64,000 nt of DNA from an uncultured virus (IMG/VR IMGVR_UViG_3300042905_004424) (IMGVR_UViG_3300042905_004424); one strand, 5' to 3'. Counted from the first letter of the stretch, positions 10,037-20,112 are shown. Notes: a model not told the origin generated them from the letters alone. A program made the numbers and translations.

Positions 10037-10573
10037 ATGAGAAAACAAATACTTGAAGAACTAAAAGAGATGAGGTATCTTTTTAATTACGATAGAGGAA
10101 AAATTATTTCTGAACAAAATCAAAACCTTAATGAAATGATTGATTTAGAAAAAGGGTCTTTTGGTTATGAAGATATGGATGATGGTAGTGAAAAGTTTCC
10201 TTCATTTAGTCCTAATGGTGATATGGATACAGGTGAAGATTTAGCACCTTCTTTTGATTCAGATGGTAATTTTTTAGGTATGGTAAAACCTAATCGAGAT
10301 GGTATGGAAGGTGATGAGGATGAATTAGAAGAAGACGCTTTTGGTGGTGATTATAAAGATGATTTAGAAGAAGAAATTGATTTTGATGTTCCTACTATGA
10401 TGCCAGGGACAAAAGAAAAAGAAAGGACAATTACAAAACCTGGAACCAAACCCGATAAGGACTCACCATACAAACCTAAACCTGGACCAAAGAAAAACCC
10501 AAAAGCTAAAAAAGGTGATATGCCTGATTGGTTAAGTTTTGATGAACTTGGAATTAATCTTAAGCAAAAATGA
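10037..10573 (+). CDS. acidic/basic low-complexity protein with leader
   Basis: TATTTAT at 10016; ILEELKEMRYLFNY...IISEQ leader; KPG-rich C-terminus. Confidence 0.7.
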   Translation: MRKQILEELKEMRYLFNYDRGKIISEQNQNLNEMIDLEKGSFGYEDMDDGSEKFPSFSPNGDMDTGEDLAPSFDSDGNFLGMVKPNRDGMEGDEDELEEDAFGGDYKDDLEEEIDFDVPTMMPGTKEKERTITKPGTKPDKDSPYKPKPGPKKNPKAKKGDMPDWLSFDELGINLKQK

Positions 10574-11820
10574 GAAATATTAAAAAAAGACTATATACAG
10601 AAGTAATCTCAAAAAAAAATTTATTAAGGATTATGGAAGCTCCTATTGACTACGAAGGACCTGAAAGAATGGCTGGAGATGTTGAGAGAAAAATTACGGG
10701 AAGAGAAACCCCGTATCATGGGTTTTCTGCAATTCCAAATATGGATAGAGACTTTATTGAGTTAATATCTTCAAAAAGATTCAAGGACTCAGTTGATAAA
10801 GTTAGAACGGCAATGGGAGATACAAGAACTATTCAAGGGGGAAACGCTCTTATGCAATTGCTGGGAACTGTGGGTCAAGCAATGCAAAAACTTGTTATGA
10901 TTCAAATGAAAAACAAAAAACAACTTGAAGACCTTGCAATTGATCTTGTTAAAAACGAATTAGGAATTCCTGAAGGAGCAATGCAATTCAAAGCCGAACT
11001 TGTGTCAAGTACTATGGGAGCAGCAGAAGGGATGCAAAGTGAGCCTGAAATGCCAAGTGAAGAAGAGGTTGAAGAATTAATGGGAGATATGGAAAACTTT
11101 AATTTGGAAAGAGAAAAAAGAAGATTCATTAATTCACTTATTCAAGGTGCAGCTTTTAAAGGAGGACATATGTATAATCTTGTTAAAAATGAGATCAATG
11201 ACATTAATCCACAACTTATGAACCTATACGCTGTGACACAATCTTTAATGGAACATGCATATTGGATATTCCCTGACATGGAAGGAATGGCTGGCGGTGG
11301 CGGTGGTCAAATGGGCCAATCTGAAGTTGATGAAAAAACAGACCCACCAACAGTTAAAGCTAAGGCGGTTACATTCCCATTATTAGTTCATGAATTGGTA
11401 AAGGGAGTATATGAGATTTTTGGATCACACGGATTACCTGACGACCCAAGACAACAAGAAATGATATTAAACGCTGAAGATACTTTACCTTCAGAAATTT
11501 GGGACTCAAGGTTAGGTCCTATTTTTTGGGAAAAGTTTATGGCATCATATCCTATGGAGTTGTTTGATGAAGACAAAAAACATATACAGCATTATTTGTT
11601 TATGCGATTCTCGGCATTAAATGCGGAAGAGTTCATGAAGGTATCAAAAATGATTTTAAAAGGAGATCCATTAGGTCAACAATTTATTCAAGGAATGGTC
11701 AATGAGATTGTTAAAGATCTAAAAGATAAAGACTATAAAGATGCTATGGGTTATGATGATGAAGATGATGAAGATAATGATGATTTGAGTGGGGTTGACT
11801 TTAGTGATTTGGGACTTTAA
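10570..11820 (+). CDS. conserved-looking hypothetical protein
   Basis: 416-aa ORF; KRRFINSLIQG and LLVHELVKGVYE segments; acidic tail. Confidence 0.75.
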   Translation: MRNIKKRLYTEVISKKNLLRIMEAPIDYEGPERMAGDVERKITGRETPYHGFSAIPNMDRDFIELISSKRFKDSVDKVRTAMGDTRTIQGGNALMQLLGTVGQAMQKLVMIQMKNKKQLEDLAIDLVKNELGIPEGAMQFKAELVSSTMGAAEGMQSEPEMPSEEEVEELMGDMENFNLEREKRRFINSLIQGAAFKGGHMYNLVKNEINDINPQLMNLYAVTQSLMEHAYWIFPDMEGMAGGGGGQMGQSEVDEKTDPPTVKAKAVTFPLLVHELVKGVYEIFGSHGLPDDPRQQEMILNAEDTLPSEIWDSRLGPIFWEKFMASYPMELFDEDKKHIQHYLFMRFSALNAEEFMKVSKMILKGDPLGQQFIQGMVNEIVKDLKDKDYKDAMGYDDEDDEDNDDLSGVDFSDLGL

Positions 11821-11838
11821 TAAGTCCCATTTTTTTTT
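11810..11838 (+). terminator. intrinsic terminator
   Basis: TGGGACTT-TAAT-AAGTCCCA plus T9. Confidence 0.85.
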
Positions 11839-11879
11839 ATAAGGAATTTTTTTCCTATAATTATTAAAAATGTTAAGTT

Positions 11880-12176
11880 ATGAAAAATATTGATTGTGAA
11901 ATTTACATAAAACAACTTATTACTTTTTTTGAAAAAAATCCAGGTGATTTAATGACACTAATAGGGGATGTTCAAAAAGAAGAGTTTTATAAAAAGTTAA
12001 GGGAAAAATGTGAAAAAAATGTTGATGATGGAATTGACCATAGTTTAAATAAACAACAAATTATTGATATTGTTATGGAATTAAAAATTCCTGAACTATT
12101 TGAAAAACCAAATCCTAAGTTAGTTGTGGAAGGATATGTTCAAAAAACAAAATGGGGTAAAATAATTTTAAATTAA
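11880..12176 (+). CDS. hypothetical protein
   Basis: 98-aa ORF. Confidence 0.7.
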   Translation: MKNIDCEIYIKQLITFFEKNPGDLMTLIGDVQKEEFYKKLREKCEKNVDDGIDHSLNKQQIIDIVMELKIPELFEKPNPKLVVEGYVQKTKWGKIILN

Positions 12177-12243
12177 TTCTTTAAAAAAGTTTTGTATTTA
12201 ATAAAAAACGCATATCTTTGTAATGTGATAAACGAGAAACAAA

Positions 12244-12366
12244 ATGAAAACAATAGAACTTACTATGAATGAGATATGGATGGCGACTAGACCAACCATT
12301 CAAAAAAGTAAGAAATCCTATACTCGTAAAACCAAACACAAAAACAAAGAAAATTATAAACTATGA
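12244..12366 (+). CDS. 40-aa basic peptide with ArfA-like motif (not in ORF track)
   Basis: MKTIELTMNEIWMATRPTIQKSKKSYTRKTKHKNKENYKL*; follows TATCTTTG at 12213; ATGA overlap with next gene. Confidence 0.65.
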   Translation: MKTIELTMNEIWMATRPTIQKSKKSYTRKTKHKNKENYKL

Positions 12367-13121
12367 TATACACACCAGAATTAATCAAATCAATTGCCCC
12401 GGCAGTATTTGCAACATCACCATCTCCCAAAATGACGAACAAGTATGAGTTCGTTCCAACCAACGAGGTAATGGATATGTTCGACCGCGAAGGATGGCAA
12501 TTATCGTCAGTAAAACAATCAGGTCGTGGGATTCACGGAGTCCACGAACTTAAGTATCGCAACGGACAACTACCAAAAGTTGGGGACACAGTTGTTGAAG
12601 CAATCATCCGTAACTCTCACGATGGAACAGCAACATTCTCTATGGGAGCAGGACTATTCCGATTGGTATGTTCAAATGGACTTACAGTTCCTACATCAGT
12701 GGCAGAACGATTCTCAATTAGACACAACCACTTTTCATTTGACGATGTTAGAGCTTTGGCCGAGGACTTCTCTAAGAAACTCCCAAGAATTGAAGAGTCT
12801 GTTACTCGAATGATGGAAAAGGAGTTAACTGAAAAAGAAAAACTTCGTTTAATAAAAGAAGCTCTTAAGATTCGTTGGACTGTTGGAAATAGTCCTGAAT
12901 CAATTGACATTACAGACCTTCTAACACCGTTTAGACCTGAGGATGAGGGAAGTGATCTTTGGACAGTGTTTAACGTGATTCAAGAGAAGATGACTAAAGG
13001 TGGATTCACTTACAAAACACCAAGAGGACGACAAACAACTCTTCGTGGTATTAAGAGTATCCAAGCGACAAATCGTTTAAACACTAAACTTTGGGAAGCG
13101 GCAGAATTAATGTTGGTTTAA
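12363..13121 (+). CDS. DUF932/DUF945 family protein
   Basis: APAVFA...YEFVPT, NSHDGT, AGLFRLVCSNG, DLWTVFNVIQE, LNTKLW. Confidence 0.88.
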   Translation: MIYTPELIKSIAPAVFATSPSPKMTNKYEFVPTNEVMDMFDREGWQLSSVKQSGRGIHGVHELKYRNGQLPKVGDTVVEAIIRNSHDGTATFSMGAGLFRLVCSNGLTVPTSVAERFSIRHNHFSFDDVRALAEDFSKKLPRIEESVTRMMEKELTEKEKLRLIKEALKIRWTVGNSPESIDITDLLTPFRPEDEGSDLWTVFNVIQEKMTKGGFTYKTPRGRQTTLRGIKSIQATNRLNTKLWEAAELMLV

Positions 13122-13128
13122 AAACTAT

Positions 13129-13151
13129 GGGGACATTAAAGTCCCCTTTTT
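13129..13151 (+). terminator. intrinsic terminator
   Basis: GGGGAC-ATTAAA-GTCCCC plus T tract. Confidence 0.8.
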
Positions 13152-13156
13152 GTATT

Positions 13157-13495
13157 ATGGAAAAATTTAAACACGAAGAAAGATTTTTAGAAAATATATT
13201 TAAAACAAATGAAAATTTATTTTCAATTATGGAATTATCTGAAGGTCATGGATTGTCCCCAAATGAGTTGAAATCAAAAACAAAGTTCACAGAGTTTTTT
13301 TCTGATTCCATACAATATTTAGATGGAACAACTAATTTAGATTCCATTTATATGTTTGATAGTGACATTTACATATATTTATCTAAAAGTGATCCAACAA
13401 TCTCTTCTTTTTCTTGTAAAATTTATTATCCTATAAGAAAGAAAAAAGATGTTGAGTTTTTTATATTAAACTTAAAAAAATTAAAGAAAAATTAA
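13157..13495 (+). CDS. hypothetical protein
   Basis: Likely start MEKFKHEE just after the terminator. Confidence 0.65.
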   Translation: MEKFKHEERFLENIFKTNENLFSIMELSEGHGLSPNELKSKTKFTEFFSDSIQYLDGTTNLDSIYMFDSDIYIYLSKSDPTISSFSCKIYYPIRKKKDVEFFILNLKKLKKN

Positions 13496-13504
13496 AAAAA
13501 AATT

Positions 13505-13822
13505 ATGGAAATTAGTGGTATAGATTTAAAAGAAAAAATTAAAAATGGCGAAAAATTAATTGTTGAGTTTTGGGCTGAGTGGTGTGGACCATGTAAAGTA
13601 ATGAAACCTATATTTGAAAGAGTTTCAAATAGTAATGAAAATGATGACGTTAAAATGTATACGATGGATATTGACCTTAATAAAGAGGCCGCCATTGGAT
13701 TTGGCATTAGAAGTATTCCTACAATTAAAGTTTTTAATGGTGGATCAGTTATTGGAACCAAAGTTGGGGTGTTAAATGAAACATCCATAAAAGATTTAGT
13801 AACAGAATTAATAAATGGATAA
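13505..13822 (+). CDS. trxA: thioredoxin
   Basis: VEFWAEWCGPC active site and GIRSIPT cis-Pro motif. Confidence 0.93.
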   Translation: MEISGIDLKEKIKNGEKLIVEFWAEWCGPCKVMKPIFERVSNSNENDDVKMYTMDIDLNKEAAIGFGIRSIPTIKVFNGGSVIGTKVGVLNETSIKDLVTELING

Positions 13823-14102
13823 GATTGCAGTTATTTTTACAATGAAAGGGTGTCCCCATTGCGTTATTCTTAAAGAAATGTTAGAAGATGCAAATATTGA
13901 TTATGTTGATAGAGACATTTATGAATTTGAGGAAGAATATAATATGTTTGTAGAGGCAACAGGAAGTGACTATGTTCCCGCATTTATGTTAGTTGAAGAT
14001 TTTGAAAGTGAAAACCCAACAACAGGTTTATTTGCTCCAGATAGAGACTTTCAAGATATTCACGAAGGATTAACAATAATCAAAGAGTTTTACGAAAGAT
14101 AA
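13815..14102 (+). CDS. glutaredoxin-like protein
   Basis: FTMKGCPHC and YVP motifs. Confidence 0.85.
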   Translation: MDKIAVIFTMKGCPHCVILKEMLEDANIDYVDRDIYEFEEEYNMFVEATGSDYVPAFMLVEDFESENPTTGLFAPDRDFQDIHEGLTIIKEFYER

Positions 14103-14103
14103 T

Positions 14104-14133
14104 AAAAGCCCCTCTTAACGGAGGGGTTTTTTT
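14104..14133. terminator. bidirectional intrinsic terminator
   Basis: AAAAGCCCCTC-TTAACG-GAGGGGTTTTTTT between convergent genes. Confidence 0.85.
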
Positions 14134-14827
14134 ATAATAATACCACATCTTTTAGTCGATCTTGAATCAAGTATGGTTTATTTTTTGTTTGATCAAAAAC
14201 ATCGTGGAAAAACTCGTAATCGGCAAATCTTTCATTAAAGGACTCCAAGTCCATATCAAACACATCTAAAACCAAACTCTCAATTTTATCGTTATCGACA
14301 TATGAATTACAAGATACTTTAATTTTGCGATCCCCATCTTCATTTTCTTCATTAGTATAGTATAAATAAACTTGATCTACATTAAGTAATGAATACATAT
14401 GGTTAAACATATATTGTGAGTAATAAACAATTGATCTACCGCACCCTAAACTATGTCCATATGGAAACTCTGAACTACAAGTTAGTTCAGAAATCGGTTC
14501 GTCTTCAATGGTGTATACATCCTTATGTGTTGAAATCCATTTATTATCAAAATTATTAATATCTTGATCGTATTTGATAATATCAATTACGTTTAAATTT
14601 TTTCTGTTAACTTCTGTTAACACATCATCAAACCAATTTGAAAAATCAGTTTTTAGTTCATTTAAATCCAACACTTCTTTACTCGTTGTTTGGCCATTTA
14701 CGACCACAAAGGTTTCACAATCTGTTACTTGGATTACTGTGTTGTCCTTCTTATCAAATTTAGAAAGGATGTAGTCGGCAAATAGATTCACAAAGTATCT
14801 TCGTGTGTTTTTTTCTAATTTTCTCAT
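14132..14827 (-). CDS. divergent protein with S-adenosylmethionine synthetase (MetK) N-terminal-like segment
   Basis: FADYILSKFD...VTDCETFVVVNGQTTS resembles MetK SDAILD...ACET...GEITT; only 231 aa. Confidence 0.5.
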   Translation of the reverse strand: MRKLEKNTRRYFVNLFADYILSKFDKKDNTVIQVTDCETFVVVNGQTTSKEVLDLNELKTDFSNWFDDVLTEVNRKNLNVIDIIKYDQDINNFDNKWISTHKDVYTIEDEPISELTCSSEFPYGHSLGCGRSIVYYSQYMFNHMYSLLNVDQVYLYYTNEENEDGDRKIKVSCNSYVDNDKIESLVLDVFDMDLESFNERFADYEFFHDVFDQTKNKPYLIQDRLKDVVLL

Positions 14828-14876
14828 ATTTTTTATTTTTATAATTAATATGAGTTTTATTTGGATTTATAAATAG

Positions 14877-16007
14877 TTAGATATAATCATCAAACATTTC
14901 GTTTATATATTTTTGAGTTGTGGACCAATCTGGATAATCAGGGGTTGTAAAATTTATACATTCATAATCCTGATCGTAGATTAATTGTTTCATCAAAGTA
15001 GTATACCTACCAAAATGGTCTAAATATGAATCTGAATACGATTGACCTTTATTTAATTCTAAAAATAAAGTGATGTTTCCAACAAAATCTCTAATTTTAA
15101 TATAATTTAAGTATGTGGTTACTTTCTTACCATCCGATTTGGTGGTTTCTTTTGGGGCCTCATCAATTTTTCCTTCAAAGTATTCATCTAAACCATTATA
15201 TACTAATTCATATATTTCATTTTCATATGCAGAATTATAAGCGTTCCAATAAATATTTTTTAATTCTTGACCTAACTCACTTAAATCATTTTCACATAGT
15301 TCGTTTATTGCGTCGGAATCTTTAATTAATTCATTTAAGTCTTCAGCTTGAATTTTAAAATAACCTTCAGTTTCTTGTTCTTCTGATAAACTTTCAAAAA
15401 AATCGGAGCTATAATCTTCTAAAGATAACTCAACATTACCAATTTCTTTAAAAATGGTATCTTTTAAATGAATGGTATTTTTTTCATTTAAATCGTCAAT
15501 AACATCAGATGGTTTTGTATCATTATCAAAATACCAATCGTTACCTAAACCATCTTCGCTAAATACTCGTTTTGCAACATCTTCAGGAGAACTATCACGA
15601 CGAGAGGAACCACAGAAAAAAGAAGCCAATTCATCTCTATCATTACCTAAATATAGATAGAACCCATCAGGTCTAATTTCAACATCACCTAAAATGTTGC
15701 TTGTAATATATTTAACGGTATTTTCATAGTTATATTCTAAACCATGTAGTAAATAATTGTTTTGAAACTCTTCTGGAACAGAATTATAGTCTAAATTAGC
15801 CATAATACCATTCTCAACCAAATAATCAAACAAATCATTGCTAAAATCATCGGGAGGAATCTCTCTTAAATCAAGATCCTCTAAAAGATTGTATCTTTTT
15901 ATAAGTTTAAAAAAATTTATTAATGTATTGAAATATGGTTTTATCTCATCTTCATACTCACCATCATTAAATGATTCTATTAAATTTTTTACCCTCGCTA
16001 AACTCAT
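14877..16007 (-). CDS. acidic hypothetical protein
   Basis: Start MSLARVKNLIES 5 nt after minus-strand TATTTAT; D/E/Y rich. Confidence 0.75.
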   Translation of the reverse strand: MSLARVKNLIESFNDGEYEDEIKPYFNTLINFFKLIKRYNLLEDLDLREIPPDDFSNDLFDYLVENGIMANLDYNSVPEEFQNNYLLHGLEYNYENTVKYITSNILGDVEIRPDGFYLYLGNDRDELASFFCGSSRRDSSPEDVAKRVFSEDGLGNDWYFDNDTKPSDVIDDLNEKNTIHLKDTIFKEIGNVELSLEDYSSDFFESLSEEQETEGYFKIQAEDLNELIKDSDAINELCENDLSELGQELKNIYWNAYNSAYENEIYELVYNGLDEYFEGKIDEAPKETTKSDGKKVTTYLNYIKIRDFVGNITLFLELNKGQSYSDSYLDHFGRYTTLMKQLIYDQDYECINFTTPDYPDWSTTQKYINEMFDDYI

Positions 16008-16078
16008 ATTGTATAAATATCTATTAAGCAAAAAAGGTGCCCCAACGGAACACCCTTATCTCGATGATACAAAAAATA

Positions 16079-16234
16079 TTATCTTCTATAATATTTGTTG
16101 ATGATTTTTTTCACATTCTCTTGAACATTTGAACCATTTGATGGTTGTTGAGGTTGTGCTTGAGGTTGTGCTTGAGGCTGTGCTTGAGGTTGTTGAGCCT
16201 GTTGATTAGCTTTGTTTTTACATCCGCAACTCAT
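16079..16234 (-). CDS. 51-aa MSCGCK peptide with QAQP repeats (not in ORF track)
   Basis: MSCGCKNKANQQAQQPQAQPQAQPQAQPQQPSNGSNVQENVKKIINKYYRR*; minus-strand TATTTAT near 16265-16271. Confidence 0.7.
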   Translation of the reverse strand: MSCGCKNKANQQAQQPQAQPQAQPQAQPQQPSNGSNVQENVKKIINKYYRR

Positions 16235-16341
16235 GATAAGTATTTTTAAGTGGTTTATTTATCTATAAATAGTATACAAACAAACTTTAATCCAAAAAAA
16301 ATAAAAATCAATTATTTTTCTTTTGTTATATTTATAAAAGT

Positions 16342-17556
16342 ATGTCAATAAAGAAGTTTTTTAAAAATTATATTGTAGAACAAGATGAAAACCTTGTTTC
16401 AATTTCTCCTGAGGATTATTTGGAATTATTGGAAAATGTTGGAGGAATTGCCGAAAGGATCTCAAAGTTAAAACCGTATAGAGGTAAAGGTATTGTTATT
16501 ACTGGACCAATAAATGTTAGCAATTATAAAAATATTGGACCACTTACAGGTGTTGCAAGAATAATGGGCAGATTAGATATTTCTAATACCAATATTTCAA
16601 ATCTTAATGGAATTACAGTCGATGGTTATGTTAGTGATTATGGATCTTCTATGTGGAAGATTAAAATGCAACAAAAATTAAATGAAAAACTTTCAGACTT
16701 GGATGAAAAAAGAAGAGAAGATGAATGGAATGTTGAAAATCAAGACGATGAATCTGAAAGAACTGAAGCCTTATACAAATATTTAAATCAAAATGGTGAT
16801 GTGGATATGGTTGAAGACGACGAAGGAAATGAAGTTCCTGAAGATAAGTATTATATCAATCCTAATGGAGGGGCAACCTATGGTTACGGAAAACAATATC
16901 AATGGTTAGGAGGAGGTAATGGGTTTAACCCCAATGAATATGATGTTTATACTGAAGATGAGGCAGATAGTGCCGCAAGACGATATGTTGAAAATTTAGT
17001 TGATGATTCAGGAATAGATGCTTTTAGTTCTTGGGCATTCAATGAAGCTTTAGATGATAAACAATGGTATAATTGGTTATATGATTACTACGATGATTAT
17101 GTTAGATCATCTCCTGAGGATTTTGATATACCTTTAGAACTATCAAATCAACAAATGAAACAAGTTCAACAACTCCAATCAAACATAGATTCACTTAATA
17201 AAAGATTAGAAAGTGAAGATTTACCTGATGAAAAATATGAAGAAATTGAAGTAAAAATTGAAGGATTGGAAGAAATAATTCAAGAAATCAATGATGATCC
17301 ACAAGGTGAATATGATGAAAGTTCAATTGAAAATGAAATTACAGGTAGAGTTGATGAATACCAAAACGACATTTTTGGGTTTATTGATCATTATGGTTAT
17401 GATAAAGACTTTATCATGGAGTTTATTGATTTAGATAAACTAACGGAAATAGTCTTAAGTTCTGACGGATATGGTAGTATGTTAAATTCTTACGATGGTG
17501 ATTATGACACTTTTAATATAAATGGAACTGAGTATTATGTAATGAGGGTCAATTAG
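16342..17556 (+). CDS. acidic hypothetical protein with coiled coil
   Basis: 404-aa ORF; TATTTAT at 16329; C-terminal SDGYGSMLNSYDG. Confidence 0.75.
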   Translation: MSIKKFFKNYIVEQDENLVSISPEDYLELLENVGGIAERISKLKPYRGKGIVITGPINVSNYKNIGPLTGVARIMGRLDISNTNISNLNGITVDGYVSDYGSSMWKIKMQQKLNEKLSDLDEKRREDEWNVENQDDESERTEALYKYLNQNGDVDMVEDDEGNEVPEDKYYINPNGGATYGYGKQYQWLGGGNGFNPNEYDVYTEDEADSAARRYVENLVDDSGIDAFSSWAFNEALDDKQWYNWLYDYYDDYVRSSPEDFDIPLELSNQQMKQVQQLQSNIDSLNKRLESEDLPDEKYEEIEVKIEGLEEIIQEINDDPQGEYDESSIENEITGRVDEYQNDIFGFIDHYGYDKDFIMEFIDLDKLTEIVLSSDGYGSMLNSYDGDYDTFNINGTEYYVMRVN

Positions 17557-17596
17557 CCCTTTATTTGTTTTATATTTTGCATTATTTTTATTTTTA

Positions 17597-18373
17597 ATGA
17601 CACGAAGAAAAAAAATACAATTTTTAATGAACACCGATTGGATGTTTGAAAAACCAATTGATCAAGAATACAAAGAATACAAACTACTTTCTTACTTTCA
17701 AAAGATGGGAGAAAAACTGGACAAGTTAGAGTTATACCCAAGCTTTATTGAATTATCTTTACATTTAATGAATGTCCAAGCGCTTGTTAGAGATCATAAG
17801 ATTGTTTATACCGACAAAAAACTTACAAACGTAGATGATGAAATACTGGTAAAAGATCTTAAAGTTAGGGAACTTCCAGAAATGTCAAATGAGGAATTAC
17901 AAGAGTTTCAAAAAATATTATCATATTCTGCTCCAAGAATGATGGAATATTTTAATGTTGCAAAATCTGTTTGGACAATAGTGTTTGATTCTTTAGACAT
18001 GGTAATAAAAAGAAATAAAAAAAATGTATTACATCAAAAAGGTTTTTTTTATTATATTGACAACGAAAAAAAATATTATGTTTGGGAATATATCATGAAA
18101 AAAGAAACCAAACAAAATCCACAACAAATGATAAAAATTGAATTAATTTATGATAATTTAATAAATGATTTGACAATTTCTAAAATAATTAATAAATTTT
18201 CTTCGTTTGATAGTATTGATAAGAAAATGGGACCTATTTTTTATATGATATCAAGTGGGATATTCCCAATTCAAGAAACGTTACTTCCAATGTTTAAACG
18301 AAGAATTGCGGGGCACATTTCACAAACAAAAAAATACGAACAAGTAATGCAAAATAAAAATGGGATTCAATAA
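17597..18373 (+). CDS. hypothetical protein
   Basis: 258-aa ORF (W..EKPIDQEYKEYKLLSYFQK). Confidence 0.75.
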   Translation: MTRRKKIQFLMNTDWMFEKPIDQEYKEYKLLSYFQKMGEKLDKLELYPSFIELSLHLMNVQALVRDHKIVYTDKKLTNVDDEILVKDLKVRELPEMSNEELQEFQKILSYSAPRMMEYFNVAKSVWTIVFDSLDMVIKRNKKNVLHQKGFFYYIDNEKKYYVWEYIMKKETKQNPQQMIKIELIYDNLINDLTISKIINKFSSFDSIDKKMGPIFYMISSGIFPIQETLLPMFKRRIAGHISQTKKYEQVMQNKNGIQ

Positions 18374-18412
18374 AATTTTGACAAATAAGATTTAATTGTT
18401 TAAATTAATGGT

Positions 18413-18541
18413 ATGATAGAAATAGATGTATATAAAATAATTAAAGAATTAATTGCACAATACCCAAATGATACAGAATTGGGTAAAAAGGTTAGAGATC
18501 TGGTTTATGGAATTAAAAAAATAAAACAAAGTGGGATTTAA
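18413..18541 (+). CDS. small hypothetical protein (YPNDxELGKKVR)
   Basis: 42-aa ORF translated by hand, fills intergenic gap. Confidence 0.55.
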   Translation: MIEIDVYKIIKELIAQYPNDTELGKKVRDLVYGIKKIKQSGI

Positions 18542-18713
18542 TAAAAGAACAATTTCTAAAAAACATATCCTTAATAATTTGGATAACATAATGAATTATC
18601 TAGACGCTGATGCGGTATTTACCACCGACGAATTTTCACTCAACGTTTATCGACTATTCAATCAAGGAAAATCAGAAGAAGAAATATTAGAATACATAAA
18701 TAATAATATATGA
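18531..18713 (+). CDS. hypothetical protein
   Basis: 60-aa ORF coupled to glutamine synthetase. Confidence 0.6.
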   Translation: MGFNKRTISKKHILNNLDNIMNYLDADAVFTTDEFSLNVYRLFNQGKSEEEILEYINNNI

Positions 18714-19831
18714 AAATCAAATTGGAATACATTTGGCTAGATGGATATAAACCAGAGCCAAACCTTAGAAGTAAAGTTAAGATTGTTGAATACAATTCAG
18801 TTAGAAACGCATTTTTAGATGGTAATTTTCCTATGTGGAATTTTGATGGGTCATCAACTAACCAAGCAGAAACTGGAAACTCAGATCTTATTTTAAAACC
18901 TGTTAGACATTATATGAAAGACATGACATCAACGGTTTATGTTTTATGTGAGGTATTAAATCCTGATGGGACAACACACGAGTCAAATAAGAGATCAAGT
19001 ATTGGTGAAGGTTTTGAAGACCTTTGGTTTGGTTTTGAACAAGAGTATTTTATCTACGATAGAAAAAATAAATGTGTTTTAGGTCACGATGAAAACAACT
19101 TAAAACCACAGGGTAAATATTATTGTGGTGTTGGTGAATATGTTGTGGGTAGAGATTTTGTTGAAGAACATACAAATATTTGTTTGAACTATGGTATTGA
19201 CATTACCGGAACAAACGCTGAGGTTGCTTTAGGTCAGTGGGAATATCAAGTATTCTCTCAAGGTAAATTAAAAGGTGGTGATGACCTTTGGATGACAAGA
19301 TACTTTTTATATAAAATCTCTGAAAAATATGAGTATCGGATTGAACTTCACCCTAAGCCAATAAAATATGGTGAATGGAATGGATCAGGTCTTCACACAA
19401 ACTTATCAACAGACATTATGAGACTTGATGGGAACGAAGAATACTTCATGGCATTATTCAACGCATTTGAATCAAGACATGAAGATCATATTAAGGTTTA
19501 TGGATCAAACAACAATCTAAGATTAACAGGTGAATATGAAACTCAGGCAATTGATAAATTCAGTTGGGGTGTATCTGATCGTGGAGCTTCAATTAGAGTT
19601 CCTCAGGACACAGCAAAAGAATGGAAGGGTTATATTGAAGATCGAAGACCAGGATCAAATGCCGATCCTTATAAGATCATACGTGAGATTGTTAAATCAC
19701 TTGAGTTTACAGAACAAATATATAATACAAAACATATGATGACATCATTTGTTGATATAGATGGTCTTAATGGTAAATACGGAACAATGTCCAACGATGA
19801 GTTATTAAAAGAATATAGAGAAGAAGAATAA
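18710..19831 (+). CDS. glutamine synthetase, type II-like
   Basis: EYIWLDG, LRSK, WNFDGSST, WFGFEQEY, NAEVALGQWEYQ, WNGSGLHTN, DRGASIRVP, EDRRPGSNADPY. Confidence 0.95.
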   Translation: MKIKLEYIWLDGYKPEPNLRSKVKIVEYNSVRNAFLDGNFPMWNFDGSSTNQAETGNSDLILKPVRHYMKDMTSTVYVLCEVLNPDGTTHESNKRSSIGEGFEDLWFGFEQEYFIYDRKNKCVLGHDENNLKPQGKYYCGVGEYVVGRDFVEEHTNICLNYGIDITGTNAEVALGQWEYQVFSQGKLKGGDDLWMTRYFLYKISEKYEYRIELHPKPIKYGEWNGSGLHTNLSTDIMRLDGNEEYFMALFNAFESRHEDHIKVYGSNNNLRLTGEYETQAIDKFSWGVSDRGASIRVPQDTAKEWKGYIEDRRPGSNADPYKIIREIVKSLEFTEQIYNTKHMMTSFVDIDGLNGKYGTMSNDELLKEYREEE

Positions 19832-20112
19832 TGGATAATGAATGTGTATGTGGAGGAACCGGACTTTGTCAGTGTCCACCGATAAAAATAGAACAAGTTA
19901 ATCACCCTAACCATTATGGGGGAGAAAATAATGAATACGAGGCAATCAAAGTTATTGATGCTTGGGATTTAGGATTTAGTTTAGGAAATACAGTAAAATA
20001 TATTAGTCGTGCAGGAAAAAAAGGAAAATACAACGAACTCGAGGATCTCAGAAAAGCCCTATGGTATCTCGAACACCACATCAAAAAAATTGAAGAAAAA
20101 AACAGGTTTTAG
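19831..20112 (+). CDS. DUF3310 (SaV-like) protein
   Basis: VNHPNHY, EAIKVI, GNTVKYISRAGKK, EDLRKALWYL. Confidence 0.88.
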   Translation: MDNECVCGGTGLCQCPPIKIEQVNHPNHYGGENNEYEAIKVIDAWDLGFSLGNTVKYISRAGKKGKYNELEDLRKALWYLEHHIKKIEEKNRF

